Shown: positions 27,610-36,501, counted from the first letter of the stretch. The stretch is DNA of 52,695 nucleotides from an uncultured Campylobacterales bacterium (GCA_964447385.1 CAYUSV010000002.1:1-52695), one strand, 5' to 3'. Numbers and translations are program-made. Notes: generated from the sequence alone by a model not told the origin.

Positions 27610-27636
27610 TAAAGGGCTTCTATTTTTAGTCGATAT
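27610..27636 (+). promoter_or_regulatory. candidate sigma-28 promoter TAAA-N15-GTCGATAT
   Basis: TAAA 27610-13, a 15-nt spacer, GTCGATAT 27629-36. The AGGAG RBS follows at 27644-48 and the ATG at 27656. Confidence 0.55.
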
Positions 27637-27655
27637 TGGCTATAGGAGATTTATT

Positions 27656-28714
27656 ATGGATTTTAAATTAGTACAAGAGTATACAAAAGACCTAAGTATA
27701 CTTTATGTTGAAGACAATGATGCAATTAGAGCAAGTACGACTTCCGTTTTTGAAAATTTTTTCAAAAACGTTGATGTTGAGACTAATGGACTTAGCGCTT
27801 TAGAGAAGTATGTAAACTACTATAGCTCACATGGTGTTGATTATGATTTGGTAATCACTGATATAAATATGCCGGTTCTTAACGGTATTGACATGGCTAA
27901 AAAAATTCTTGAACAAACCCCAACTCAACCCATAATTTTTGTAACCGCCCACGATGAAAGTTCCTATATGCTTGAAGCTATCAGAATGGGCGCATCAAGC
28001 TTTTTAATTAAGCCTCTGAAAATTGATGATCTCGCTTCTGTTTTACATAAAGTATCTCAAGCAATTTGTGATAGGCAACAAGTACAACAACACTACACTC
28101 AAATAGAAGAGTTTAGTGCAAAACTGCAAGAACGGAACAGTGAGCTTGAAAAATCCCTGAGAGTTTTGAATACAATGGTTTATAAAGATCATCATACAAA
28201 CATAGATAAAACTGACAAAAAAAAATCAACCCCTAAAGAGAGTGAATTATATAGAGCACAAGAGCAAATTGCTTTTCTTGTAAAAGATGATCTACCTGAA
28301 TTAAAAGAGTTACATTTAGAGATTGATTCACTGCTAATTGCGATTATTGTTAATGATGTTGATGAAAATATTATATATGAAAACTTACCAAAGATGACAA
28401 TACTCTTTTCTAACTATGCAGCTATCTTGCAACTATACTCTTTTTACAATGAGCTCAGTAAAGCAATGTTAGAATTTACAAAAATCATTCAAACAGTTGA
28501 TCTCCCAGAGGAAAAAGAGAGTAGATTAAATATATTTTTATTTCTTGAGAGTTTCATACATGTACTCGGTAAATGGCAAAATGATCTACATCTTCTTGAA
28601 TATGACAAATTAAACTATTTAGATGCATCAATAATCAGTGATATGAGTACAATTTCGATTATGTGGAAACAAGAAGAAGTATCAATCGAGTCAAGTGAAT
28701 TAGAGTTTTTTTAG
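27656..28714 (+). CDS. response regulator: REC domain + ~230-aa helical C-terminal domain of unknown type
   Basis: LYVEDND..DLVITDINMP..FVTAH..K REC motifs. No HTH, AAA+, GGDEF or HD motif seen after it. ATG 27656 with an AGGAG RBS is preferred over the track GTG at 27602. Confidence 0.8.
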   Translation: MDFKLVQEYTKDLSILYVEDNDAIRASTTSVFENFFKNVDVETNGLSALEKYVNYYSSHGVDYDLVITDINMPVLNGIDMAKKILEQTPTQPIIFVTAHDESSYMLEAIRMGASSFLIKPLKIDDLASVLHKVSQAICDRQQVQQHYTQIEEFSAKLQERNSELEKSLRVLNTMVYKDHHTNIDKTDKKKSTPKESELYRAQEQIAFLVKDDLPELKELHLEIDSLLIAIIVNDVDENIIYENLPKMTILFSNYAAILQLYSFYNELSKAMLEFTKIIQTVDLPEEKESRLNIFLFLESFIHVLGKWQNDLHLLEYDKLNYLDASIISDMSTISIMWKQEEVSIESSELEFF

Positions 28715-28727
28715 GATAAGTATAAAT

Positions 28728-30191
28728 ATGAAAAATAAATCATTTATACAAACATTAAAAACTACAGAGTATCATCCAGAACTTGTCAAAATGTTTCTGG
28801 ATACCGTCTCAAAGGGAATCATATCTGCGAATATTATGATTCCACTCTTTTATGCTACTATCTTTATAAAGTTTGTTCCTGTATATATCTTAGCCATATG
28901 GTTATCTGCTCATGCTATAACCATCTACTTTAGACTAAAGATTAAAACTTCAATATTAAAATTCCAAGATAATAATAATCCAAAAATTAAAAAATATGTT
29001 CAATTAAATATTTATGTCATTGCACTAAGCGGTCTGCTCTGGGGAGTAGCAAGTATCATCTCAGTCATATATGCACCTGAATTTTACATGTTTTTAACTA
29101 TGGGGCTTATTATGGGTTTAAGTGCAGGTGCTGCATTTACACTTACGCCTATATTACATGCTTTTTTGAGTTTTGTATTTTCATCTATTGTACCTTTTAT
29201 TTGTGCACTATTTATTTTTAATTCCAATGAATATTTTATAATAATTCTAATGCTACTTTTCTTTATGACTTTTGTTGTCCTTAATGGATATGGTTTTTAT
29301 AAAAAACTTTTACAAAATATCGAACTTAAACACAAGTTTATCAAACTTAATAATAATTTAGAGAAAGAGGTTGCCAATCGAACGGTACAGTTATGTGAAT
29401 TAAATAATTCTCTTGAAAAAAGAATCAGGCAAGAGGCAAAAGCCAACAGAGATAAAGATAGTCAACTTCTTCAACAATCTCGTTTAGCTCAAATGGGTGA
29501 AATGATTAGCATGATTGCACACCAATGGAGACAACCACTGTCTGCTATCTCATCAACAAGTATTAACATGAAAATGAAATTTTTCTTTGATGAGTTTAAT
29601 TTAAATGATAAAGAGCAACAACAACTGTGTAAAAAATACTTTGAGCAACAACTAGATAATATAGAAAGCTATGTCCAAAACCTTACAACTACAATCGATG
29701 ACTTTAGAAATTTTTACAAACCAAACAGAGGTACAAAAAGGGTCAATGTAAATGAACCTATTCAAAAGGCACTTAGTATCATCAAAGACTCTATCAATTC
29801 ATCAGGCGTTAAAGTGATCGAAACTTTTAAAGCAAATATAGAATTAGATCTATTTGAAAGTGAATTGATGCAAGTGTTTTTAAATATTTTGAAAAATGCG
29901 CAAGATAATTTTAAAGAAAAAGATATTGAAAACCCCTATATAAAAATTATCACTGCAAATGCAAATGGTGGTGTTAGGATAGTTTTTAGAGATAATGGTG
30001 GTGGAATTGATAAAAATATACTTGTAAAGATATTTGATCCTTATTTCTCAACAAAAGATGAAAAAAATGGTACAGGATTGGGGCTATATATGAGTAAAAT
30101 AATCGTAGAAGAGCATCATAACGGTAAACTTTATGTAGAAAATATTGATGATGGTGTACAATTTGTTGTAGAGTTTAGAGATAAGATATAA
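28728..30191 (+). CDS. sensor histidine kinase with polytopic N-terminal domain
   Basis: ~6 TM segments, coiled coil, H-box MIAHQWRQPLSAI, N/G boxes (..NILKNAQDN.., ..DNGGGI.., ..GTGLGLYMS..). Confidence 0.85.
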   Translation: MKNKSFIQTLKTTEYHPELVKMFLDTVSKGIISANIMIPLFYATIFIKFVPVYILAIWLSAHAITIYFRLKIKTSILKFQDNNNPKIKKYVQLNIYVIALSGLLWGVASIISVIYAPEFYMFLTMGLIMGLSAGAAFTLTPILHAFLSFVFSSIVPFICALFIFNSNEYFIIILMLLFFMTFVVLNGYGFYKKLLQNIELKHKFIKLNNNLEKEVANRTVQLCELNNSLEKRIRQEAKANRDKDSQLLQQSRLAQMGEMISMIAHQWRQPLSAISSTSINMKMKFFFDEFNLNDKEQQQLCKKYFEQQLDNIESYVQNLTTTIDDFRNFYKPNRGTKRVNVNEPIQKALSIIKDSINSSGVKVIETFKANIELDLFESELMQVFLNILKNAQDNFKEKDIENPYIKIITANANGGVRIVFRDNGGGIDKNILVKIFDPYFSTKDEKNGTGLGLYMSKIIVEEHHNGKLYVENIDDGVQFVVEFRDKI

Positions 30192-30219
30192 TTTTGTAAG
30201 AAATCTATCTTATAATATT

Positions 30220-30235
30220 TGGCACAATAATTGCT
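30220..30235 (+). promoter_or_regulatory. candidate sigma-54 promoter TGGCAC-N5-TTGCT
   Basis: Exact match to the -24/-12 consensus (TGGCAC 30220-25, AATAA, TTGCT 30231-35), 35 nt before the ATG at 30270. A TATAAT at 30211-16 is an alternative sigma-70 -10. Confidence 0.5.
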
Positions 30236-30269
30236 AAAACTAAAATATATTAATTTTTTAGGAGCTATT

Positions 30270-30752
30270 ATGTTAAGTACTTTATCTTTTGAATATCAAA
30301 ATCCAAAAATTACCTCTTCATTGAAACAGACAACAAAATTTATGCGTATAGATGAGATCGATCAAGAGCTAAATACCATTTTTCAAATCCCACAAACACT
30401 ATCAAGGACAAAACAGAGAGAGCTTTATCACATAATGTCAAAAATGGATAAAATCCATATAAAAAACTTTGCTGATGAAGTAGAAGATATCTACAACCAA
30501 ATTGACTCAATTTATACTAATGATGAGATAACACCAACTCAAAAACAGACTCTTTCAACCTTAGAAAAACAGTTAAATCGTCTATTTAAATATGATTTAA
30601 ACAACCCTATTACAATAGAAGATGAAGAGAAGTTAGATCAACTAAATAGAGAAATTGATGCTCTATATGAGGTAAAAGAGCCAACGATACAAGAACTTAC
30701 AAGAGCGGGAGTTTTGTTTTGTGAGAAGAAGATGCTATCCGCATCTTCTTAA
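30270..30752 (+). CDS. hypothetical cytoplasmic acidic helical protein (160 aa)
   Basis: ATG 30270 has a GGAG RBS 5 nt upstream. The TTG start at 30231 in the track coincides with the -12 element. No signal peptide or TM. Repeated ..EID..IY.. helical motifs. Confidence 0.6.
   Translation: MLSTLSFEYQNPKITSSLKQTTKFMRIDEIDQELNTIFQIPQTLSRTKQRELYHIMSKMDKIHIKNFADEVEDIYNQIDSIYTNDEITPTQKQTLSTLEKQLNRLFKYDLNNPITIEDEEKLDQLNREIDALYEVKEPTIQELTRAGVLFCEKKMLSASS
30726..30750. terminator. 10-bp hairpin between convergent genes (no clear U-tract)
   Basis: AAGAAGATGC-TATCC-GCATCTTCTT spans the last codons of the 160-aa ORF, 17 nt from the pilin-2 stop. Confidence 0.35.
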
Positions 30753-30766
30753 AATTAATATTCACC

Positions 30767-31456
30767 CTATAAAGAGTCTATTATAGCTACATTAGCTGTT
30801 GAAGTTCCATTCACATCACATGATACTGCTATTTCACCAGCGGCGTCGGCAGCAGCAACTGTATCTACAAATGTATTTGCTGTCGTTAAAGCAGTCGTTA
30901 AATCTATCAATTTTATCTCTCCACTAACTAATTTTACATTAGTTGATGATGCACCATATGTAACATTTGCATCATATGCTGAAGCATTAAAGACCCAAAC
31001 ATCATTTTTATCAGGTTTACCATTTGTATCAGATGTTCCTTGTCTAACTCCTGAAGAAGCATTTGAAGCTTTTCCTTTGATAAAATAGATATCATCATAA
31101 ATACCATCACCACCTGGTGTACCTGCATCTGCATAAGCAATAATTCTTAATCCGTCACCTTTTTTTATAATTTTACTAAGTACTTTATCATTACTATTTG
31201 CAGCAGCATATGTAGTTGCTAAGTTAGTATTCCAAGAAGTATCATGCCAATCTACATTTACATTATCATTATCTTCTAGTTGAAACTCCATTGCTGCTAC
31301 AATAGCTCCATCCAATCCAGTTAAACTTGAATACTCAGCATTTACCTTAGCTCTATCTTTAATATCTCCAAATTTTGGAACGGCAGCGACTGCTAATATA
31401 CCTATGATTATGATCACAAAAATTAACTCTACCATTGTAAAACCACTTCTTCTCAT
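30767..31456 (-). CDS. type IV pilin (major-pilin candidate 2, paralogue of 21877..22515)
   Basis: MRRSG/FTMVELIFVIIIIGILAVAAVPKF class III signal. Shares ..GKPDKNDVW.. with pilin 1 (..GKPDKNDFW..). 229 aa, single Cys. Confidence 0.85.
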   Translation of the reverse strand: MRRSGFTMVELIFVIIIIGILAVAAVPKFGDIKDRAKVNAEYSSLTGLDGAIVAAMEFQLEDNDNVNVDWHDTSWNTNLATTYAAANSNDKVLSKIIKKGDGLRIIAYADAGTPGGDGIYDDIYFIKGKASNASSGVRQGTSDTNGKPDKNDVWVFNASAYDANVTYGASSTNVKLVSGEIKLIDLTTALTTANTFVDTVAAADAAGEIAVSCDVNGTSTANVAIIDSL

Positions 31457-31491
31457 CGAAAAATCCTTTAAAATTTAATTTCCTACAAACT

Positions 31492-31518
31492 ATATCGACC
31501 CTTGAAAAGATTTCTTTA
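31492..31518 (-). promoter_or_regulatory. candidate sigma-28 promoter TAAA-N15-GTCGATAT
   Basis: Minus strand reads TAAA-GAAATCTTTTCAAGG-GTCGATAT, ending 35 nt before the pilin-2 ATG. AAGGA RBS. Confidence 0.55.
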
Positions 31519-31523
31519 CTTTT

Positions 31524-31532
31524 TGATATAAT
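31524..31532 (+). promoter_or_regulatory. extended -10 element TGaTATAAT for moeA
   Basis: TGATATAAT lies 18 nt before the ATG at 31550, with AAGGA in between. Confidence 0.45.
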
Positions 31533-31549
31533 GACAAAAAAGGATCTCT

Positions 31550-32758
31550 ATGGCAATTTCTATTTATGAAGCTCTAGCACTTATAGAAAAAAACCTACCT
31601 ACTATTTCAAGTGAAACTATTCCCATAGAAAATGCTATCTCCCGTATAGCTTCAAAAACCGTTAAGGCAACTTTAGCTCTACCAATATTTAACAATTCTG
31701 CTATGGATGGTTATGGACTTTGTGGATCATCAGATAGTTATAAAATAATCGGCAAAATTCTTGCAGGAGATGCTCATACCTATAATTTAAAAAACACAGA
31801 GTGTATAAAAATTCTAACAGGTGCAAGAGTACCCAAAAGTGTTGATACTATCATTCCACAAGAGAATACAAAAGAGAGTGAATCTTTTATAAATATACAA
31901 AAACCAGTCAAATTTGGAGCAAATATCCGATATCGTGGTGAAGATATAAAAGAAAACGATATTGTTGTTTTAAAAGGTGATACAATAGATTCATCACATA
32001 TCGGATTGTTAGCTAGTCAAGGCATAACCCATATAGAAATATATCGTAAAATTCGTGTAGCTATTTTTGCTAGTGGAAGCGAGCTAAAACTCCACCACGA
32101 GCCGTTAGAAGGTTCACAAATTTATAATTCAAACACACCTTATTTACTCTCAAGATCTGAGGAACTTGGATGTCAAACACGATTTGTAGGTAAGAGCAAA
32201 GATGATATAGAATCACTAAAAGAACTCATAAAGACATCATTAGATTGTGATATCATTATCACTAGCGGTGGTGTTAGTGTGGGAGAAGCTGACTATACAA
32301 AAGAGGCATTTAAAGATCTATCTATGGAAACTTTTTTTGATAAAATTCAGATAAAACCAGGCAAACCAACTACTTTTGGAAAAATTAATGATAAAATCAT
32401 ATTAAATCTTCCTGGCAATCCTTTGGCAAGTGCACTGAATTTTGAGATATTTGGTAAATTTATGATAGCAAAATTAAGTGGCAAAAAAAACCATCACTTA
32501 AATACAATTAAAACAACAATAAGCACAAATATACCCTCACCTCGTCCAGTGGCAAATGTTATACCAGGTTTTTATAATGGTTCATCTTTTACTCCAACAA
32601 AAAAATTCGCACCGGGAATGGTAAATGTTTTAAACCACTGCAATGGATTGATTGTCATAGATGAGATGACAAATGAGTTAAAAACAGGAGATACTGTAAA
32701 GTTTTTACCATTAAAATGGGACTTTATGAGGGAAGATTTTGTGAAATTTACTTCATAA
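31550..32758 (+). CDS. moeA: molybdopterin molybdotransferase (copy 1)
   Basis: 402 aa. ..NSAMDGY.., ..IITSGGVSVGEADY.., ..KPGKPTTFG.., ..LPGNPLAS.. MoeA motifs. Confidence 0.88.
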   Translation: MAISIYEALALIEKNLPTISSETIPIENAISRIASKTVKATLALPIFNNSAMDGYGLCGSSDSYKIIGKILAGDAHTYNLKNTECIKILTGARVPKSVDTIIPQENTKESESFINIQKPVKFGANIRYRGEDIKENDIVVLKGDTIDSSHIGLLASQGITHIEIYRKIRVAIFASGSELKLHHEPLEGSQIYNSNTPYLLSRSEELGCQTRFVGKSKDDIESLKELIKTSLDCDIIITSGGVSVGEADYTKEAFKDLSMETFFDKIQIKPGKPTTFGKINDKIILNLPGNPLASALNFEIFGKFMIAKLSGKKNHHLNTIKTTISTNIPSPRPVANVIPGFYNGSSFTPTKKFAPGMVNVLNHCNGLIVIDEMTNELKTGDTVKFLPLKWDFMREDFVKFTS

Positions 32759-32778
32759 AGAGACAAACGCCTCTTTAT
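32755..32778. terminator. AT-rich 8-bp hairpin between convergent moeA and the cytochrome gene
   Basis: ATAAAGAG-ACAAACGC-CTCTTTAT includes the moeA stop codon. The stem is weak. Confidence 0.3.
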
Positions 32779-32788
32779 GAAATATAGA

Positions 32789-33556
32789 CTATTTTAAAGT
32801 ACTGATATATGCTGAAACATTTGCGATATCAGCGTCACTCATCCTTGTAACTTGACCTTTCATAACACCTTTCATGCTACCACCATAAGAACCATCTTTG
32901 TAGCCCTTTAATGCAGCTTCAGTTTTAGATGCATCCCAGCCAGAAATAACAGCACTCGCACTCAACGCCTTTTTCTCACCATTTGCCCCATGACAACCTA
33001 TACATTTTGAGTATAATGTTTTACCAGCTGCTGCATCACCGGCAGATGTAACAGTTTTACTTACTTTTTCAGTAGCTGATGCTACCGCACCAGTTGTTGC
33101 TGCTACTGCACCTACAGCTGTTTGCGCTACAGCCGAAGTTGTGCTACTCGCTTTATCTACAACCGCAGACCCTGCATCTTTTGCAGCCTCTACTGCACTA
33201 CTCCCAGCATCTTTTACTTTATCTACCGCACCACCCGCTGCATCTTTAGCACCATCAACAACAGCTCCGGCAGCGTCTTTTGTAGCTTCAACTGCACCAT
33301 TTGCAGTATCTACTACCGCATCTTTTGCAGCAGTTGCTATATCTTTCCCCTCTTTTACAGCTTCTACTGCACCAGCTGCTGCATCTTTAGCTACCTCTTT
33401 TGTAGCTTCAACTGCCTCTCCTGCAACTTCACCTGCTTTATCAGCAACCTTACTTGCTGCATCTTTTACGCCATCAGCGATACTGCCACCCTCTTTATCA
33501 CCACATCCTACTAAAAATGCTACTACTACCAACGAATAAATGAATGTTTTTTTCAT
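32789..33556 (-). CDS. lipoprotein monohaem cytochrome c (c553-like domain tethered by an Ala/Lys/Asp-rich repeat linker)
   Basis: Lipobox LVGC. ~150 aa of degenerate (A/V)xKDAAxGAVxx repeats. C-terminal ..CIGCHG..GYKDGSYGGSMKGVMKGQ..ISTLK class I cytochrome c domain. Confidence 0.8.
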   Translation of the reverse strand: MKKTFIYSLVVVAFLVGCGDKEGGSIADGVKDAASKVADKAGEVAGEAVEATKEVAKDAAAGAVEAVKEGKDIATAAKDAVVDTANGAVEATKDAAGAVVDGAKDAAGGAVDKVKDAGSSAVEAAKDAGSAVVDKASSTTSAVAQTAVGAVAATTGAVASATEKVSKTVTSAGDAAAGKTLYSKCIGCHGANGEKKALSASAVISGWDASKTEAALKGYKDGSYGGSMKGVMKGQVTRMSDADIANVSAYISTLK

Positions 33557-33642
33557 AATTGTCCTACTCCTTTAAATTTGTATTATATAGTGTATTCTAC
33601 AGCTTAATAGTTAAAAATAAGTTGAAAGTTATTTTAATCAAT

Positions 33643-34224
33643 TTAATTTGGGCTTGGATTTATAAAAATACTATTATTTAAAAGATTATCCCACATCAAA
33701 AGATCACTCCATTCACTCTTAACCTGTTTGGAAAAAATGATATCTCTTAAATTAATCTCTCCCATAAGTTTACTATACGCATCTTCTCTAAACCCTTGTG
33801 CATATCCTGTATCTGTCTCATGAACTATTACACTATGTACTCTTACATTTTTTTCACCATTTACCATTTTTGTCTGAGAAAGTAACCTGTCTACCATCAA
33901 AAATATAATACGAGAAAACTGTTCAGCAGATGGAGAAACAGGGAGGATTACCCACCTAAGACTATGCTTTTTTATCATATCTATATACTCTTTGTCATCT
34001 TTTTCCCAAATAGCAGTAGCATGATCAAATGAATCAATCAACTCTTTTATAGATAACTTTGTCAATCCAAAATCATAGACCATCTGCCCATGATCGAGAT
34101 AATTTGACTCAAACAAAACTTCTATCTTGTATGAGTGTCCGTGTATGCTATATTTACATCTATCGCTAGTACATCCTCTAACTACATGAGCATTTTCAAA
34201 CTTAAATAATTTTCTTATTATCAC
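33643..34224 (-). CDS. queD: 6-carboxytetrahydropterin synthase
   Basis: ..FKFENAHVV.., ..HGHSYKIEV.., ..HETDT.. PTPS/QueD motifs. 4-nt overlap with queE. Confidence 0.8.
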   Translation of the reverse strand: MIIRKLFKFENAHVVRGCTSDRCKYSIHGHSYKIEVLFESNYLDHGQMVYDFGLTKLSIKELIDSFDHATAIWEKDDKEYIDMIKKHSLRWVILPVSPSAEQFSRIIFLMVDRLLSQTKMVNGEKNVRVHSVIVHETDTGYAQGFREDAYSKLMGEINLRDIIFSKQVKSEWSDLLMWDNLLNNSIFINPSPN

Positions 34225-34955
34225 CTACCCTCCTCATTATCCCATAACCTTATATGCATCCTATCTACATAATTATAACCGTTTTGAATACAAAAAAGCG
34301 CAACAGCCTTATCATTTTTACAAAGTTCACTTGCTGTACTTCCCATCGGCATACAGTAGACTTGAGTTTTGAGATATGATTTTGTTATCTCTCTTATCTC
34401 TTTAGTATCAAGATCATCTCTACTCAAAACAAATTTAAAAAATGACTCTTTTGTATTTAAGATTATCTCTTTTATCGCTTCTTTATTGATCCGCTTTGAT
34501 CTACTCTCTGCACTATTTTTAAGCTTTACGCTCATAGCAAATACTATCTCTTTATAGATTGAATATTTTTCAAAATCTATCTTTATCGTTGCATTGGTCT
34601 CAAACGTGATCTTATGACCCAACGCTCTATAATAAATAAGCGCATCTAAAAGAACTCTATTTTGATAATGCAAAAGCGGTTCCCCACCAGTAAAAACAAT
34701 ATCAGGTCTAAAATCCAAATCATGCAAATAACTATCAATTATCGGCACAAGATCATCAACCCTATCCCAAGTATCACCAAAATACTTTTCATTAACAGCC
34801 CTAATAGAGTCACAACCTACCAACTCTTCATAACGCACCCCAAATCCTGCACATCCAAGATTACACCCACCAAGTCTTATAAAAACAGAAGGTGTACCTA
34901 CAAACTTACCCTCTCCTTGAAATGAATAAAAAGATTCAACAACAAAAAGCATCAA
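34221..34955 (-). CDS. queE: 7-carboxy-7-deazaguanine synthase (radical SAM)
   Basis: ..[29 protein letters not shown].. N-terminus typical of QueE. 4-nt overlap with moaA. Confidence 0.8.
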   Translation of the reverse strand: MMLFVVESFYSFQGEGKFVGTPSVFIRLGGCNLGCAGFGVRYEELVGCDSIRAVNEKYFGDTWDRVDDLVPIIDSYLHDLDFRPDIVFTGGEPLLHYQNRVLLDALIYYRALGHKITFETNATIKIDFEKYSIYKEIVFAMSVKLKNSAESRSKRINKEAIKEIILNTKESFFKFVLSRDDLDTKEIREITKSYLKTQVYCMPMGSTASELCKNDKAVALFCIQNGYNYVDRMHIRLWDNEEGR

Positions 34956-35917
34956 CCGCCTGTCTCATAAAATGCTCTACTTGAACTCTCACCATTTTCA
35001 TTATCCCAACGATTCTCTTTTGGCTTATCTTTTAGTACAGTTTTTAAAATTTCCACCGCTTTTGGTATATCTTTGGCTTTAACAGCCTCTTTGATACTCA
35101 TCGCTTCATCAAAATACAAACACGGTATGAGATGCCCTTCAGCCGTCAACCTAATACGATTACAACTCTCACAAAAATCATGCTTATGTGGATCAATCAA
35201 TCCAAATTTATATCCATCTTCTAGAAAATAAGAAAAAGATGGGCTACTACCTTCTCGTCCCAGCTTTTTAATAATATACTTCTCTTTGATAATTTCCAAT
35301 ATCTCTTTACCAAGAAGCCCTTTAAGCTCATCTAATGCCATTGCATTTTTCATATACTCGATAAAACGAATCTCTATATCTCGCTCTTTACAAAAATCCA
35401 ATATATCAACTATCTCTCTTTCGTTAATTCCTTTTAAAGGAACCATATTGATCTTGACTTTAAGTCCAGCTTTTAAAGCTGCATCTATCCCACTTAAAAC
35501 ATCTTTTAAAATATCTTTTTGTGCAATTTTTTGTGCAACCTCAGGTTTTAAAGAGTCTAAAGAGATATTGAGTCTAATTAACCCTGCATTTTTTAGTTTT
35601 TTAGCTAATGAGGGTAAAAGATATCCATTTGTAGTAAGAGCCAAATCAATACCACTTTTATAATTTGAAATCATCCCTATAAACGAATCCAGATCATATC
35701 TCAAAAGTGGCTCACCGCCTGTAATCCTGATCTTTGTAATCCCTTCATCAATAGCTGCTTTTATAAACAAAAAAAGTTCTTCAAAACTGAGTAAATCCTC
35801 TCTTGGCACCCATGAAAAAGGTTTATCAGGCATACAATACAGACATCTAAAATTGCACCTCTCCGTCACCGAAACCCTAAGATAATCAACTTTTCTACCA
35901 CACCCATCTATCAACAT
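34952..35917 (-). CDS. moaA: GTP 3',8-cyclase
   Basis: ..[18 protein letters not shown].. radical SAM cluster, C-terminal ..[19 protein letters not shown].. second cluster, GG tail. Confidence 0.92.
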   Translation of the reverse strand: MLIDGCGRKVDYLRVSVTERCNFRCLYCMPDKPFSWVPREDLLSFEELFLFIKAAIDEGITKIRITGGEPLLRYDLDSFIGMISNYKSGIDLALTTNGYLLPSLAKKLKNAGLIRLNISLDSLKPEVAQKIAQKDILKDVLSGIDAALKAGLKVKINMVPLKGINEREIVDILDFCKERDIEIRFIEYMKNAMALDELKGLLGKEILEIIKEKYIIKKLGREGSSPSFSYFLEDGYKFGLIDPHKHDFCESCNRIRLTAEGHLIPCLYFDEAMSIKEAVKAKDIPKAVEILKTVLKDKPKENRWDNENGESSSRAFYETGG

Positions 35918-35931
35918 CTATTTCCCACCCC

Positions 35932-35958
35932 TAAAACATAATATCTTTTAACCGATAT
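35932..35958 (+). promoter_or_regulatory. candidate sigma-28 promoter TAAA-N15-ACCGATAT
   Basis: TAAA 35932-35, a 15-nt spacer, ACCGATAT 35951-58, ending 33 nt before the ATG at 35992. AAGGAG RBS. Confidence 0.55.
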
Positions 35959-35991
35959 TGTATCAAAGAGTTTAATTCAAGGAGATTAATT

Positions 35992-36501
35992 ATGAGTGCG
36001 CCTATGCCAAACAACCATGAAAAGGTTCTAGAGGATGAAGATTTTATAGTCTCAAAAACTGATACTAGCGGAAAAATCACCTACTGCAACAAAATATTTA
36101 TGAATATAACAGGGATGGATGAAAAACAACTTTTAGGAAAACCCCACAGTGTAGTTAGACATCCTGACATGCCAAAAGCTATATTTAAACTCCTTTGGGA
36201 AAAAATACAAAATAAAGAAGAGATATTTGCTTATGTTAAAAACATTACTAATGATGGTAGCTTCTATTGGGTTCTTGCCAATGTAACTCCTTCATATGAT
36301 AATAGTGGAAAAATTATCGGTTATTACTCTGTTAGAAGAAAACCTAACCCAAAAGCATTAGAAATAATAAAACCACTCTATACAAAAATGTTACAAATAC
36401 AAAATAGCAATGGTATAGACGCTTCAATGAAGTATCTAATAAATACATTAAAAGATAAAGGAGTCTCCTATGATAGGTTTATTACAAACATCCAAAACTA
36501 A
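35992..36501 (+). CDS. Aer/CetB-type PAS (FAD-type) sensor protein, stand-alone
   Basis: ..[57 protein letters not shown].. matches the Aer-PAS signature. 169 aa. Confidence 0.85.
   Translation: MSAPMPNNHEKVLEDEDFIVSKTDTSGKITYCNKIFMNITGMDEKQLLGKPHSVVRHPDMPKAIFKLLWEKIQNKEEIFAYVKNITNDGSFYWVLANVTPSYDNSGKIIGYYSVRRKPNPKALEIIKPLYTKMLQIQNSNGIDASMKYLINTLKDKGVSYDRFITNIQN

Noticed and set aside
33122-33539. ORFs 33122..33514 and 33141..33539 on the plus strand
   Set aside because: They are antisense to the cytochrome c lipoprotein gene. They are low-complexity translations (Ser/Thr/Cys/Phe or Ala/Ser/Thr runs) produced by the Ala-codon-rich repeat, with no RBS or start context.
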